A stretch of DNA of 17,197 bases, filler included, from Kondoa subrosea (taxonomy: Eukaryota), in assembly GCA_039545335.1 (NCBI GenBank). It is 10 parts of 10 records of this genome, joined end to end, with 100 filler letters (N's around TTAATTAATTAA, not from the genome) between each part and the next. Parts side by side here need not be neighbours in the genome. Positions count along the whole stretch, not along the records: positions 1 to 2,290 come from BCIN01000018.1; positions 2,391 to 4,657 come from BCIN01000019.1; positions 4,758 to 6,586 come from BCIN01000020.1; positions 6,687 to 8,447 come from BCIN01000021.1; positions 8,548 to 10,298 come from BCIN01000022.1; 5 more parts are not named here. The stretch is one strand, 5' to 3'. Position numbers and translations under genes: made by a program. The notes beneath the pieces were generated by a model. The model saw only the letters and a list, made by a program, of their open reading frames with translations. It searched no databases and was not told where the DNA came from. Below are positions 1 through 9,590 of the stretch, piece by piece; position 1 is the stretch's first letter, and every line of letters begins with the position of its first letter.

Positions 1-87
1 AAAATGCAAATAGTATGCCTATATACACAATGTAAGCTATGAAGCCATTACGAAACCATGAGGAGAAATGATGTAACACGGGATGTC

Positions 88-1777
88 TTAAATAGGGCTA
101 GCCATCAAACCGGTAGGTCNGCCAGAAGGTGATGTACTGGTCAGCTGAATTATAGGCGGAGGGGGCATGCAAAGCTTGGACAGATCTTTTTCGATTGCCG
201 CAGTGTGAGGTGATTGGGGTGCAGGTTGTGTGAAATAAGGGTGCAGCAATGCTCGCTTGGCGCTAATACGAGACGGTGGATCATACTTCATGATTCGCTG
301 TGTAGAGCAACTCAGCATGACGATAGACAAAGTTCAACGGATCTTACATTAAAGAGGTCAAGTCCGTTAGAATCAAGGTTTGTCAGAATATCGTTGACTT
401 TGCCTGGTTTCCAGTGCGGGAAAACGGGTTGATAATCTGATAAAGGCTTGTCAGCTAGAGTTTCAGCAATGAAAGCTCGCACTAACCAGGTAGCTGCGTT
501 AGACCGGGCCACATTGCTTCTGTCGGTGTTCCAAAGGTTCTGCCCAGTCATCTTAGCGAACCCTAGCACACTGCCACTAATGAGACGCACTGGAAAGTCT
601 TGAGCAACTGTCCTATCTCAGAGTCACCAGCGAGTAAAGGACACCCTGTGACCCTTTGGAGAACAATGAGCTCTCAGAGATCTAATTGATCGGAGCCAAT
701 CTCACATTTCAGCAAAAATAGCGCCACAAGACCACATGTCGATCGAAGATGCGTAATGTCGAGTGCCCAGAAGAACTTCCGGGCCTCGATACCAAAGAGT
801 GACAATCTAAAACCGCTTCAAATGTCAGAATATGTTTTGCATGACATCTGGCTTGAACAAACCTCATGAGTGTAGGTTCTTAAAGGAATTCCAAAGCATC
901 TCGCCAGACCGAAATCAGCAATCTTTAATGTTCCGGTCGAGTCAATGAGCTGTGGTAAACCATGTCAGCGGTGCGAACATCCACGCAGACGAAGAAGCGC
1001 ACCAAGTTTTGAGGTTTCTACCGCAGCGCAAGTCAGTCAATAGTCAAGTCAAGATTAGTCATACGCACTAAATCTCGATGCAAAATACGCCTTTGATGTA
1101 TGAACAGGCAGCCCAGCAGCAGCTGATACATGAATTTCTGCAGAGCAAAGGTGTCAATCACAGGGCCAGTACGGTTGTCGCCCCTCGAGCCATACCTTTG
1201 CAAGGTCTGCAGGCAACGCTCGATGCTGAAAGATGGATGAACGATTGTTGGCATCGGCTACTAGAGGTGTCAGAGATGCCGCTTTCCTCTCTCCGACAAT
1301 GTCCATGTATTTCTTGAGGTCCATGTCCAAGAATTCGCAGACCAACACCAATTTCGAATCAGAGTGAATAACGTCCAATAGTCTTTGAAGTAGAGTAAGC
1401 GCTAATCTTCAAAGAGATCACATGAGCATACCGAACGATATTCTGACCTCCATCGACGATGCCCATAGCCGCATTCTCGTCTGCAATACTGCAACATTCC
1501 TTCAAAAGCGAAATTTCCCTCACAGCTGTCGACGGAACACCTTCATCTACTTCCTCCAGCCTGATCTTCTTCAAAGCGACAATTCGACCGGTAGGAATGT
1601 GCTTGGCTTTCGTGACGACTCCATAAGTGCCTGTTTGTAGAAATCTTGTTTAGTTTTCAACGCTGCTCGAGCGCGTATTACAGACCTTCGCCAATCTTTT
1701 CCTGTGTATGTTCTGCATCAGCTGCGCCTTATTGCGTTGAAGAAACAGGAACATACCATTCGAGTATAGGCATCCAT
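88..1777 (-). CDS. CDK1: Cyclin-dependent kinase, CDK1/Cdc2/Cdc28 family, divergent (PSTAVRE); complete, 12 exons
   Basis: Manual splicing at GT-AG introns gives [22 protein letters not shown]...[27 protein letters not shown]...[29 protein letters not shown]...|KFMYQLL...[55 protein letters not shown]...[60 protein letters not shown]...|[22 protein letters not shown]...stop. ATG at 1777-1775, TAA at 90-88; short exons at 1757-1777, 1686-1701 and 1003-1017. The family call is firm; strict orthology to CDK1 is less so. Confidence 0.93.
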
Positions 1778-1977
1778 TTCAAGCGCGTCTTTCCAAAGGA
1801 GTGTGATAAGGCAATAAGACACAAGGCAGTCAAGTGAAGCGCAGTGATAGAGAAAAGAAAACGAGTGTGGTGAAGCAAGAATAAGCTGTTGAAAGAGCTA
1901 GATTCAGAAAATCTGTAATGTCGTCGCGTGGATTCTCGCTCACTGGCAGACTTCTTTGGCTCCTGATTCGCAGTCGT

Positions 1978-2007
1978 TGCGTGTATACAGCGTGCGTGTA
2001 TACAGCG
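1978..2007. repeat. Perfect 15-bp tandem duplication in a divergent intergenic region
   Basis: TGCGTGTATACAGCG twice (1978-1992, 1993-2007), each copy containing the palindrome TGTATACA; lies between the CDK ATG (1777, -) and an ATG at 2118 (+). Confidence 0.9.
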
Positions 2008-2117
2008 ATAATGCGAAATCAAGAGGCGTGAACGAGAGTGGCAGAATTGGAATGAGAACGGTAGCTCCCAAACCGCGAGCAGTGAGCTTTACTGAAAGAG
2101 AGCGATTCTCAAAAGCA

Positions 2118-2290
2118 ATGCCTTCAACTCCTCCAGAGACCAAGAAGGCACGAATAGAGCACAAGCATGNCCTTCCATTCCGCTACGCTTTCGCAGCAAT
2201 CTCATTTCTTGCAATGACCGCTTTTCTTATTCAGCACTACCTCAATACAAGTCCCATAGATTCTGCAAGTAGTGTTTGTCAAGCTTGTCA
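2118..2290 (+). CDS. 5' fragment of a hypothetical protein with one hydrophobic segment, truncated at contig end
   Basis: MPSTPPETKKARIEHKHXLPFRYAFAAISFLAMTAFLIQHYLNTSP... is open to the contig end; YAFAAISFLAMTAFLI could be a membrane anchor. No family recognised. Confidence 0.4.
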
Positions 2291-2390
2291 NNNNNNNNNN
2301 NNNNNNNNNNNNNNNNNNNNNNNNNNNNNNNNNNTTAATTAATTAANNNNNNNNNNNNNNNNNNNNNNNNNNNNNNNNNNNNNNNNNNNN
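2291..2390. other. Artificial contig spacer
   Basis: 44 N + TTAATTAATTAA (stops in all six frames) + 44 N. Confidence 0.99.
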
Positions 2391-3021
2391 GTGCCCTATA
2401 TGGCATTGCTCTACAAAACCAAAAGACATGGAATAGAGATTATACATCCCGCTTCATTTGATCATATTGGTCTACTGGCCCAATGATTCGACGTCAAGCA
2501 AGGTCCATAGCTTGCGGAGGTATTGAGCTTGTCGGAGGTCTTGGCGGAGTACAGCAAAAGATACCTCGCTTCCTCTGCAAGTCTTCACATGCCTAGCAAT
2601 GAAGCCTGGTACATGCTTTTGCAATACCGGTTCCTCTCACCTCGCGTCCCGAGTGAGCCCCTACCCAGTGCCTGCTCTTCATAGACAGCGCTGATCGGCC
2701 CTGCAGTCCTTACATGACCCACAATAAGGCGCAATACATGCATCTCCATTGCAATATTGGTTCCACTCAACTCGAGTGAGTATTCTCTGCGCCTGCTCAA
2801 GCAAAGCATGACAGCGCTGACAAAGGCTCCCGTACGATCAGCCGTCCTTTTGTAGTCTGCGCTCAAAAGTGCTACAGTGTAGTCGAAGCTTTTGTTCGCT
2901 CGACCAGGCAGAAGAGGATGGCTATCTGCGGGTCAATCAACCTCTAACGCTCGGTGGTTCTGCCTCTCGCTTCTGCTCGTCCAGTACAGTCGTATTCGAG
3001 CAAGGTGAGAGCAGACCACAG

Positions 3022-4489
3022 ATGAAGGTTGATCAGCACTTACTCTGTGCAAGCAGCTATCAAGATCTTCAGAAACGCATCTTCGCGGTCTTAGAAATCT
3101 TATCTGTCTTGCACAGTACGTATGTGCTGCAGGCACGATTACATAGAAAAGCTGATTGGAGAACAGTTCTTTGCACTTCAATCAGCTCAGTCCCTATATC
3201 ATTTCAAAGTCTATTCAGTGAAGATACCTTTCGATCTAAGCTCAGTGCTGTTGACCCAGCTGTTACGCCTGGGGAACGCGCGGACTATCTGGTGCAATGC
3301 CGTGTTTGGATTGCCTCTGAGCGTGCCCAACCGCCAAGAGCTCAACAAGGAACTTTGGATGCACTCATCGAATCAAGTCTTGCTACCAAACTTTCCGAAC
3401 AAGATTTTCTGGCCGAATTATCATCGCTCACTCCAGCACCGTCTGATGCCCAAGTTCAAGCCAGTCTGGCCTTTTATCGAGTCATGTTTGCAGGAGCCCG
3501 TGCTGCTAATGGAGAAGCGGGCGGATCAGGTGGTTCAGGTGGAGAAGGGTCAAGCGGAGCGGACGCAGAACTCTTCCTTCGCGATATTCAAGCCAACTTG
3601 GCTGCAATGCAAGCNCAACAAAACATGGACTTTCTTTCCCAGCTCAAATCGTTTGGCTCAAGCGAAGAGAAGGGAGTTCCTTCAGCCGTACAAACCTTTT
3701 TACCTCATCTGGCTACGCTCGGTCAAAACAACGGGGATCCTCACATCCAAAAAACAATCAGCATTGTGCGAGCCTTTTCCCTCGTCACTCAATTGAGTTA
3801 TTCAGCAATGCAAAGCTCAACCTTGCCGCGACGGTCTACCCGATCCTCTCTGGAAAACTGTGTGCCTCGATCAATATATGGATCTTGAGAAAGTCAATGC
3901 TGCCATCCAGCCCGGTGCAGCCATTCAAGAACTTCCAACAAAACTCTCAGAAGATCTCTCGGTCATCAAGTCGGGTTCATTTACTGCTAAGCGTACGCTC
4001 CGGACCGAGAGCGATTGGAACCGATGCTGGTCAGCTTTGGAGCATGCGATTACCATGGTCTTCCCTCATCGCAAAACTGATTTGGTCAACTATCGTATAC
4101 ACATTGAGAGCATTTTTCGCACTTCCTCCTCTGGCCAACACGATCTTCGTGCCATATCGGTCGATCGGCTCCATCGATCCAAGTCGATAGGAGCAAGTTC
4201 CGATTGGATGAATACACTCATCTCCAACTTCAGCTCTGGCACGTTAGCATGTGTGATAACTCGGCTTCTTCCTCCTTTGGATAGTACCTCTTCTTCCTCT
4301 GCTTCTTCGGCCAAGCGGTATAAAGCAGAAGCTGATCCAGCCTTGCAAATTTGTGACAACTACAATTTGCGGGAGTGCGCTAGCCCTTGTCGATACAAAC
4401 GAAAACATGTCTGCTCCGGCTGCGGAAAGGAGCATGCAGCTCAATCCGANCCCGCTTGTCTCGAAATTGCAAGAAAGGCTCAGATTTAA
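3022..4489 (+). mobile_element. Gag-like ORF resembling fungal tyrosine-recombinase (DIRS/Ngaro-type) retrotransposons, frameshifted near 3780-3800
   Basis: Long intronless coding stretch in an intron-dense genome. Contains LWKTVCLDQYMDLEKV and WSALEHAITMVFPHRKTDLVNYRIHIESIF and ends in the Cys/His cluster ICDNYNLRECASPCRYKRKHVCSGCGKEHAAQSXPAC, which resembles ORF1 of such elements from my recall. No RT, RNase H or YR domain is present before the contig ends. Start uncertain. Confidence 0.55.
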
Positions 4490-4657
4490 ATTGGAAAGGG
4501 AGAAAGCAATCTTGGCATCAACTCGAGCCTCTGAAGAAATTGTCTCGCTGGCTTCAGATAGTATGAACGAGATGCAACGAGATTCTCGGTTGGCTTCGGT
4601 GAAACGATGAAAGGAGATTCTCGATTGGCTTTGAAGTCAGCTACAGCCAACAACTAC

Positions 4658-4757
4658 NNNNNNNNNNNNNNNNNNNNNNNNNNNNNNNNNNNNNNNNNNN
4701 NTTAATTAATTAANNNNNNNNNNNNNNNNNNNNNNNNNNNNNNNNNNNNNNNNNNNN
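4658..4757. other. Artificial contig spacer
   Basis: 44 N + TTAATTAATTAA + 44 N. Confidence 0.99.
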
Positions 4758-5531
4758 GGTTTCTAGTGCACTGTACAACGTAACAGTCTACCCATCAGCC
4801 ATAAGACTGAAGAGATGTTGTGTCATGCGTACCTATGTTCATATGGTAATGAATTACACCATGTTGATCGAAGATTATGCTGTTCGCGAATCGGCCTAGT
4901 TAAGTACACATTGTACAACATGTCCAACTCTCACGAACCTGAAGATTGTATACAAAGGAAGAATGTAAAGAAGAATCCGCTCCTAGGGTATGGAAAAGCC
5001 AAATCTCTTTTGGTTTGATGAGAGCGCGAATATGAAGTATATTGACCTGTCAGATTCCAGTGACGCGTATCAGATACATTCTGATGCAGTCACTCTGGGA
5101 CTGACCAGTATGCACTGCTTCCTGACTAGAATTGCAGGTACAGCATTTGGGATAGCGGAATCGATTTTCCTCCAAATCTCTAGCCTGTCGTCCAACCTAA
5201 CCTATTAATCAGCCTTACACTAAGTAAGAGTAGACTATCGACCGACCTGCGACCCATGTTTTGCGAATAATTCACCCTCTTTGGATACGCCTTCAATAAA
5301 TCGCATGTTGCTCTGGGGTGATGAGCAGTACATCGCAACGAAGGTTTGCTTGACGAGACAGGAGAGCGAAAAGGAGTTCATGTAAAGAGAAGAGGCCATG
5401 CTGCGACTTAAAAAATATTTGCTACTGATGCGAAATCTAACTGAGCCGGAACTGTACGTTTTAGGAGGATCAGAAATCAAAAATTGGGGCACAGACGGTA
5501 CTAACAGCAGGTCGTCTCTGTATCTTGACAT
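4758..5531 (-). CDS. MRS2: Mrs2/Lpe10 (CorA family) Mg2+ channel, N-terminal half, spliced; start uncertain (ATG 5531 or 5399)
   Basis: Spliced translation ...ELFAKHGSQ|(ARDL)RKIDSAIPNAVPAILVRKQCIL|VNILHIRALIKPKEIWLFHTLGADSSLHSSFVYNLQ|HNLRSTWCNSLPYEHS|ALET matches the Mrs2 pattern HGLxPRDLRKID...ILVR...LVNLLHIRALIK...LPYEFRALE. One extra G at about 5172-5173 breaks ARDL-RKID if the acceptor at 5185 is used. Confidence 0.85.
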
Positions 5532-5568
5532 GGCCTTGCACGAGACCTTCCCAAGCTCTGTTCCTTCT

Positions 5569-6586
5569 TTAGCGAACCGGTATATCCTCTGGCCAATCTT
5601 TGAGCAATCTCCTCCTCCTGTTCCACCTTCGATCCTGCATGACTGCCATTCTGGTGCTCGTACTACCTAACCCAACTTTCCTTAATCTAGCTAATCTCCT
5701 CAATCCGAATGTAGCCACCAGAAGTGAGAAGATCATAGCACCACCAGTGATGAAGTAGAAAGCAGATTCATGTGTTTCCATTTGAGTAGCCAACTGTACG
5801 TTTTTCGTCGAAGATAGCATTAGCGAGAAAAGCTAATGCGTCCCAATGAAAACGCACGTTCATCCCAAATAGACCTGCTACTAAAGCACCTGAAGCTAAT
5901 CCCATAGTACCGATTGAGACTTTGAGATCTAGTACGAGCAAAGCGTTACGTGAAGAATCGAGAATCAGTTCTATAACTTCTTTTGTTTGAGCTACATTGG
6001 ACTATAAGGATCCCAGCAAAAATACATCAGCCTTTATGCTGAAGAACTTTTGGTTGGGACTTACAGCTAAAGCATCTACTTCATTCACACATTCTTCGAT
6101 CTGTTTGCTGTAAGATTCAAGAAGCATTTCTACTTCTGCATGATCCGTTCCCAAGTCCATCGAGCGAGGAGTAGTAAGGTATAAACCATCCAGATCATCA
6201 TCTGTACGTTGGTTTACATCAATCTCACGACAGAGAATGANGAACACTCAACGCACCTTGCTGTAAGAGTTCATCAATAGCTTCTTGTACTAATCCAGCT
6301 CGTCTGTGAGTTACCGGGCAAATTGTAAGGAGCGAACGTCGCAAAGAAATGCCTTAACCCACTTTTGAAAGACTGCCAATTTCCTAGTATATTGCAACAA
6401 AGATCTTAATTTCGAAGGAACTGTACATTTCCATGGAATCCGTATCAGTTGAACACTGATACCAGATCCTGCGGACGTACCTATGTTGGATTCCAAATCC
6501 TCCAATAAATCTAGCACCAAAGATCTGACATTGACTAAATCATCCTCCAAAGCTTTTGATGCTGATGCAAGAACGGTTTCTAGTGC
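5569..6586 (-). CDS. MRS2: Mrs2/Lpe10 (CorA family) Mg2+ channel, C-terminal half, spliced
   Basis: ALETVLASASKALEDDL...LEDLESNI|VPSKLRSLLQYTRKLAVFQK|RAGLVQEAIDELLQQ|DDDLDGLYLT...DHAEVEMLLESYSKQIEECVNEV...|SNVAQTKEVIELILDSSRNALLVLDLKVSIGTMGLASGALVAGLFGMN|LATQMETHESAFYFITGG...LRRLARLRKV...stop at 5569. The GMN signature and both TM helices are intact. Confidence 0.93.
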
Positions 6587-6686
6587 NNNNNNNNNNNNNN
6601 NNNNNNNNNNNNNNNNNNNNNNNNNNNNNNTTAATTAATTAANNNNNNNNNNNNNNNNNNNNNNNNNNNNNNNNNNNNNNNNNNNN
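6587..6686. other. Artificial contig spacer
   Basis: 44 N + TTAATTAATTAA + 44 N. Confidence 0.99.
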
Positions 6687-8430
6687 CGGATGAGATGTTG
6701 TACAATGCATCGTGCCGTTAGAACTTACACGCTCGCGATCGAGGAGGCTACACCCATTGACGAGCTGCGAGACATGCTCATCGATTCTGCCATGCTAGAA
6801 GAAGCAGAGCTGGCTGATGCGGCTGCAGATGAAGAGGCAGCACCTGGAGCGCTTGTTCTAAGCAACAAGATCAGTAACGGACGAAGAATGCGGCCCAAAA
6901 TATCTTACACAGCGGGTGCACTAGTAGCTGGCGCAGAGGAAGCAGCAGCAGCGCCCCCTGCAGCACCGGAAACAATGTCGTCTTCCACGTCCTGCAAGAG
7001 CTCATCTTCTTCTGCATCTTCTTCATCATCCTCGTCTTCCTCATCCTCATATACAGTACGAAAAATGTACGGCTCGTGGAGTTGCAAAGGCAAAAGTGGT
7101 TGAAAAGAGGTAGTATGCTCATCTTCTTCAGCTTCGGAAAGCTCAATTCGATTAATGGCTGATCGATCCTGCAGAGGTGACGAGGATCTCCTAGTTGATC
7201 GAGTCACAGGCGCATAAGGAGCTGGAGCGGGAACATTTTGGCCACGCAAGCGCAAAACTGATCGTCGACCAACAACTCGATTGTAAGGCGAAACGGTAGA
7301 GTTTCGATTTAGGTTGGCCATAGCTTTCGCTTTGGTTGTTTTGGTTTTCACCTTCTTTTTTGGTACGTTCAAGTTGATTTGACGCAAGTTGATCAATTCA
7401 GCTCTCAAAGTTTGCTCTTCTTTTTCGTCCAAATCCTCAGCTTGCAACTTCATGTATTCGATCTTCTCCATCAGGCGATGAACTCGATGATTGAGCGCGA
7501 GCAAAGTGCTTTTAACCGACGGATCTAACAAGCCGAGTAGATTCTGATGAAGAGACTGAGGTGGAAGAAACGTCAAAGAGTAAGGCTCATCTTCTTCGCC
7601 AAAGTCGTCAGAAGTCGAAGTGCTGGAAGACTGGGTACGCGTATAAGCAATAATTTCATGATTCTCTTGAGAAGATGATGCAAGCTGATCCTTTGTGCTC
7701 GATAAATGAGTCGAGCGCTGAGAAGCTGGACTAGCCGGTGGAGTAGAAATCAAGCAGGACTCAACAATCGTCTGACCCAGTTCAAGATGACCGCAGATGT
7801 CTGTGAGCAAACCGAAAGATTCCTCTTCGATAGATCGATCCGATTCAATTGGGTTCTGAATGTCGCGCTGCAAAGTACGAGCCAACCAGACTTTTGTTTC
7901 TGGTGCGACAAAGTATTCCTGTTGGAAAAGTAAGTCTGTCGAATGTCAAACAAAATAATATCGACAGACCTTGGTGGCCAGAATAGTTGCCATTTCGCCA
8001 GAAAGCTTTCGAGCTACTCACGAAAGAGCCATCAGCAACATTCATATAAAGACAGCGACATACCAGCTGATTTCTAGCAGACCAAGTCTCGAATATGCTA
8101 GCGAAACAGCAAAGGAACACTCACAAGCTTTTCGATCTTACTGTAGGCAAACCACTGTGCATAAGTGCGAGGAAGCAAGTCTTTGAGCATAGGATTGACA
8201 AAGCGGGTGAACAGGTTGAGCAATTCAGATTTCGTTGAGCAAGCGAGCCAGTTTAGGCCTTCTTCAACGTGTTCTTGTCGAAAGTCACCATTCACAATTC
8301 TTCGACATTGAATCGTACAAATGTAGAAGCTCTAGATTTCTCAGCTACAGGCGAGGGTGTCCTGCGATCTTCGTCGTCGCTATCGGGAGCCAATGGCCAT
8401 TCACCTGCGGCCATAGATGCCGCGACTGAT
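6687..8430 (-). CDS. Spliced hypothetical protein (coiled-coil, basic, acidic and Ser/Ala-rich segments), partial
   Basis: Exons join in frame: ...AQWFAYSKIEKL|KSA (10-nt exon 8064-8073)|ARKLSGEMATILATK|EYFVAPETKVWLARTLQRDIQ..., then the long ORF to about 6908, then after another GT-AG intron TSAPGAASSSAAASASSASSSMAESM... One frameshift near 8297 (GAAGAATTGTGA). No family recognised. Confidence 0.65.
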
Positions 8431-8447
8431 ACATGTGTTAGCCATGC

Positions 8448-8547
8448 NNNNNNNNNNNNNNNNNNNNNNNNNNNNNNNNNNNNNNNNNNNNTTAATTAAT
8501 TAANNNNNNNNNNNNNNNNNNNNNNNNNNNNNNNNNNNNNNNNNNNN
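8448..8547. other. Artificial contig spacer
   Basis: 44 N + TTAATTAATTAA + 44 N. Confidence 0.99.
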
Positions 8548-9168
8548 TGAATTACCGGTTGCATGGACATAAGGCTTGAAGCTAGAGCAGGAAGATCAGG
8601 AATTGGTACCGAATGCGAGAGAAGCAACTAACCCAGGATTCTTGGAGTAAGATTCCAATTCTCCAGTTGAGCCTTCCCAGAAGAGCTTCACTTGAGATCC
8701 AGCAGCAACCTTCAAGACTTGAGGCGCAGCGTTTGCACTTGACGGTCCACAAGCCATAGCTCTGGATGAGTATTTCAGATTTACTATCTTCAGGTCCTAA
8801 CGAGGGAGACCCACGATCGATCGCCAAACTCTGATGGGACGAGGAAAGCACGACCTTTGGATTCATCTGACCCATAGCCAACACGAGTGACAGTTTGAGC
8901 CTGTACAATCCCGAATGCTCTTGCTAAANATCTAAGAAGCGCACAGAGGAGTCTTGACATACATTCTCAGGTGCTCCAGAGTAATACACATTTGGTCCTG
9001 AGCGCATTGCATAAGATCGATGATCAAAGCGCGCAATTTAGCTGGTCAAAGTGACACACCTTTGTTATCCTGACCATTGTAGGAGACATGGTTGATTTGA
9101 CCATGAGCTGAAACCTGAGTGATCACTAAGAAAACTGAAAGAAGCAGAGCACAGCTCGTTCTAGACAT
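8548..9168 (-). CDS. Secreted lytic polysaccharide monooxygenase, AA9 (GH61)-like; 5' part, 3' truncated
   Basis: Signal peptide MSRTSCALLLSVFLVITQVSA, then His1: HGQINHVSYNGQDNK|GPNVYYSGAPEN|AQTVTRVGYG...FGDRS|AMACGPSSANAAPQVLKVAAGSQVKLFWEGSTG...NPG|FKPYVHATG. The N-terminal His, the AC-G...VAAG..V...W block and a second His fit the AA9 histidine brace; four GT-AG introns splice in frame. Confidence 0.85.
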
Positions 9169-9590
9169 TATTGTTGATTTTTGTGTGTAACGTGAATCTG
9201 GGAAAGAGCGGATACAGGGTCGGTCGTGAATGAAGAGCAACCGCAGAGAAACGAGAAACGTATGGACACGGCACAGGAGAAGGGCGACGGCTGTTCAGAG
9301 GAAGAAGCAAACTCAATGCCAAGGAAACGCGAGGTGCATGCGCAAAGTGTCTCAAAATCCCAAAGCTGCTATTCGGACAGAGACTGTACTGGCTTTATGC
9401 ACGAAATGATTAACAAACACTATTACAATCCAAAAAAAGCGTGAATCCAAAATATCATCAAATAGCTTTCAAGAGGTCCAATGTCAGCCCTTCCTTTGTT
9501 CGTCTAGATAAGATAAGTGCAAGAAAAGTATGTGGTGAGATTGCGAAATGGCTGAGAAACAGAAATTGAGAAGTAAAGGTATCGCGTTGA

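Noticed and set aside
3122..3796. 224-aa alternative-frame ORF as an overlapping gene
   Set aside because: No ATG start and no recognisable motif; most likely a shadow of the gag-like frame, though overlapping ORFs do occur in YR elements.
6690..7103. + strand Ala/Ser-rich ORF
   Set aside because: Antisense shadow of low-complexity coding sequence; the splice signals support the - strand.
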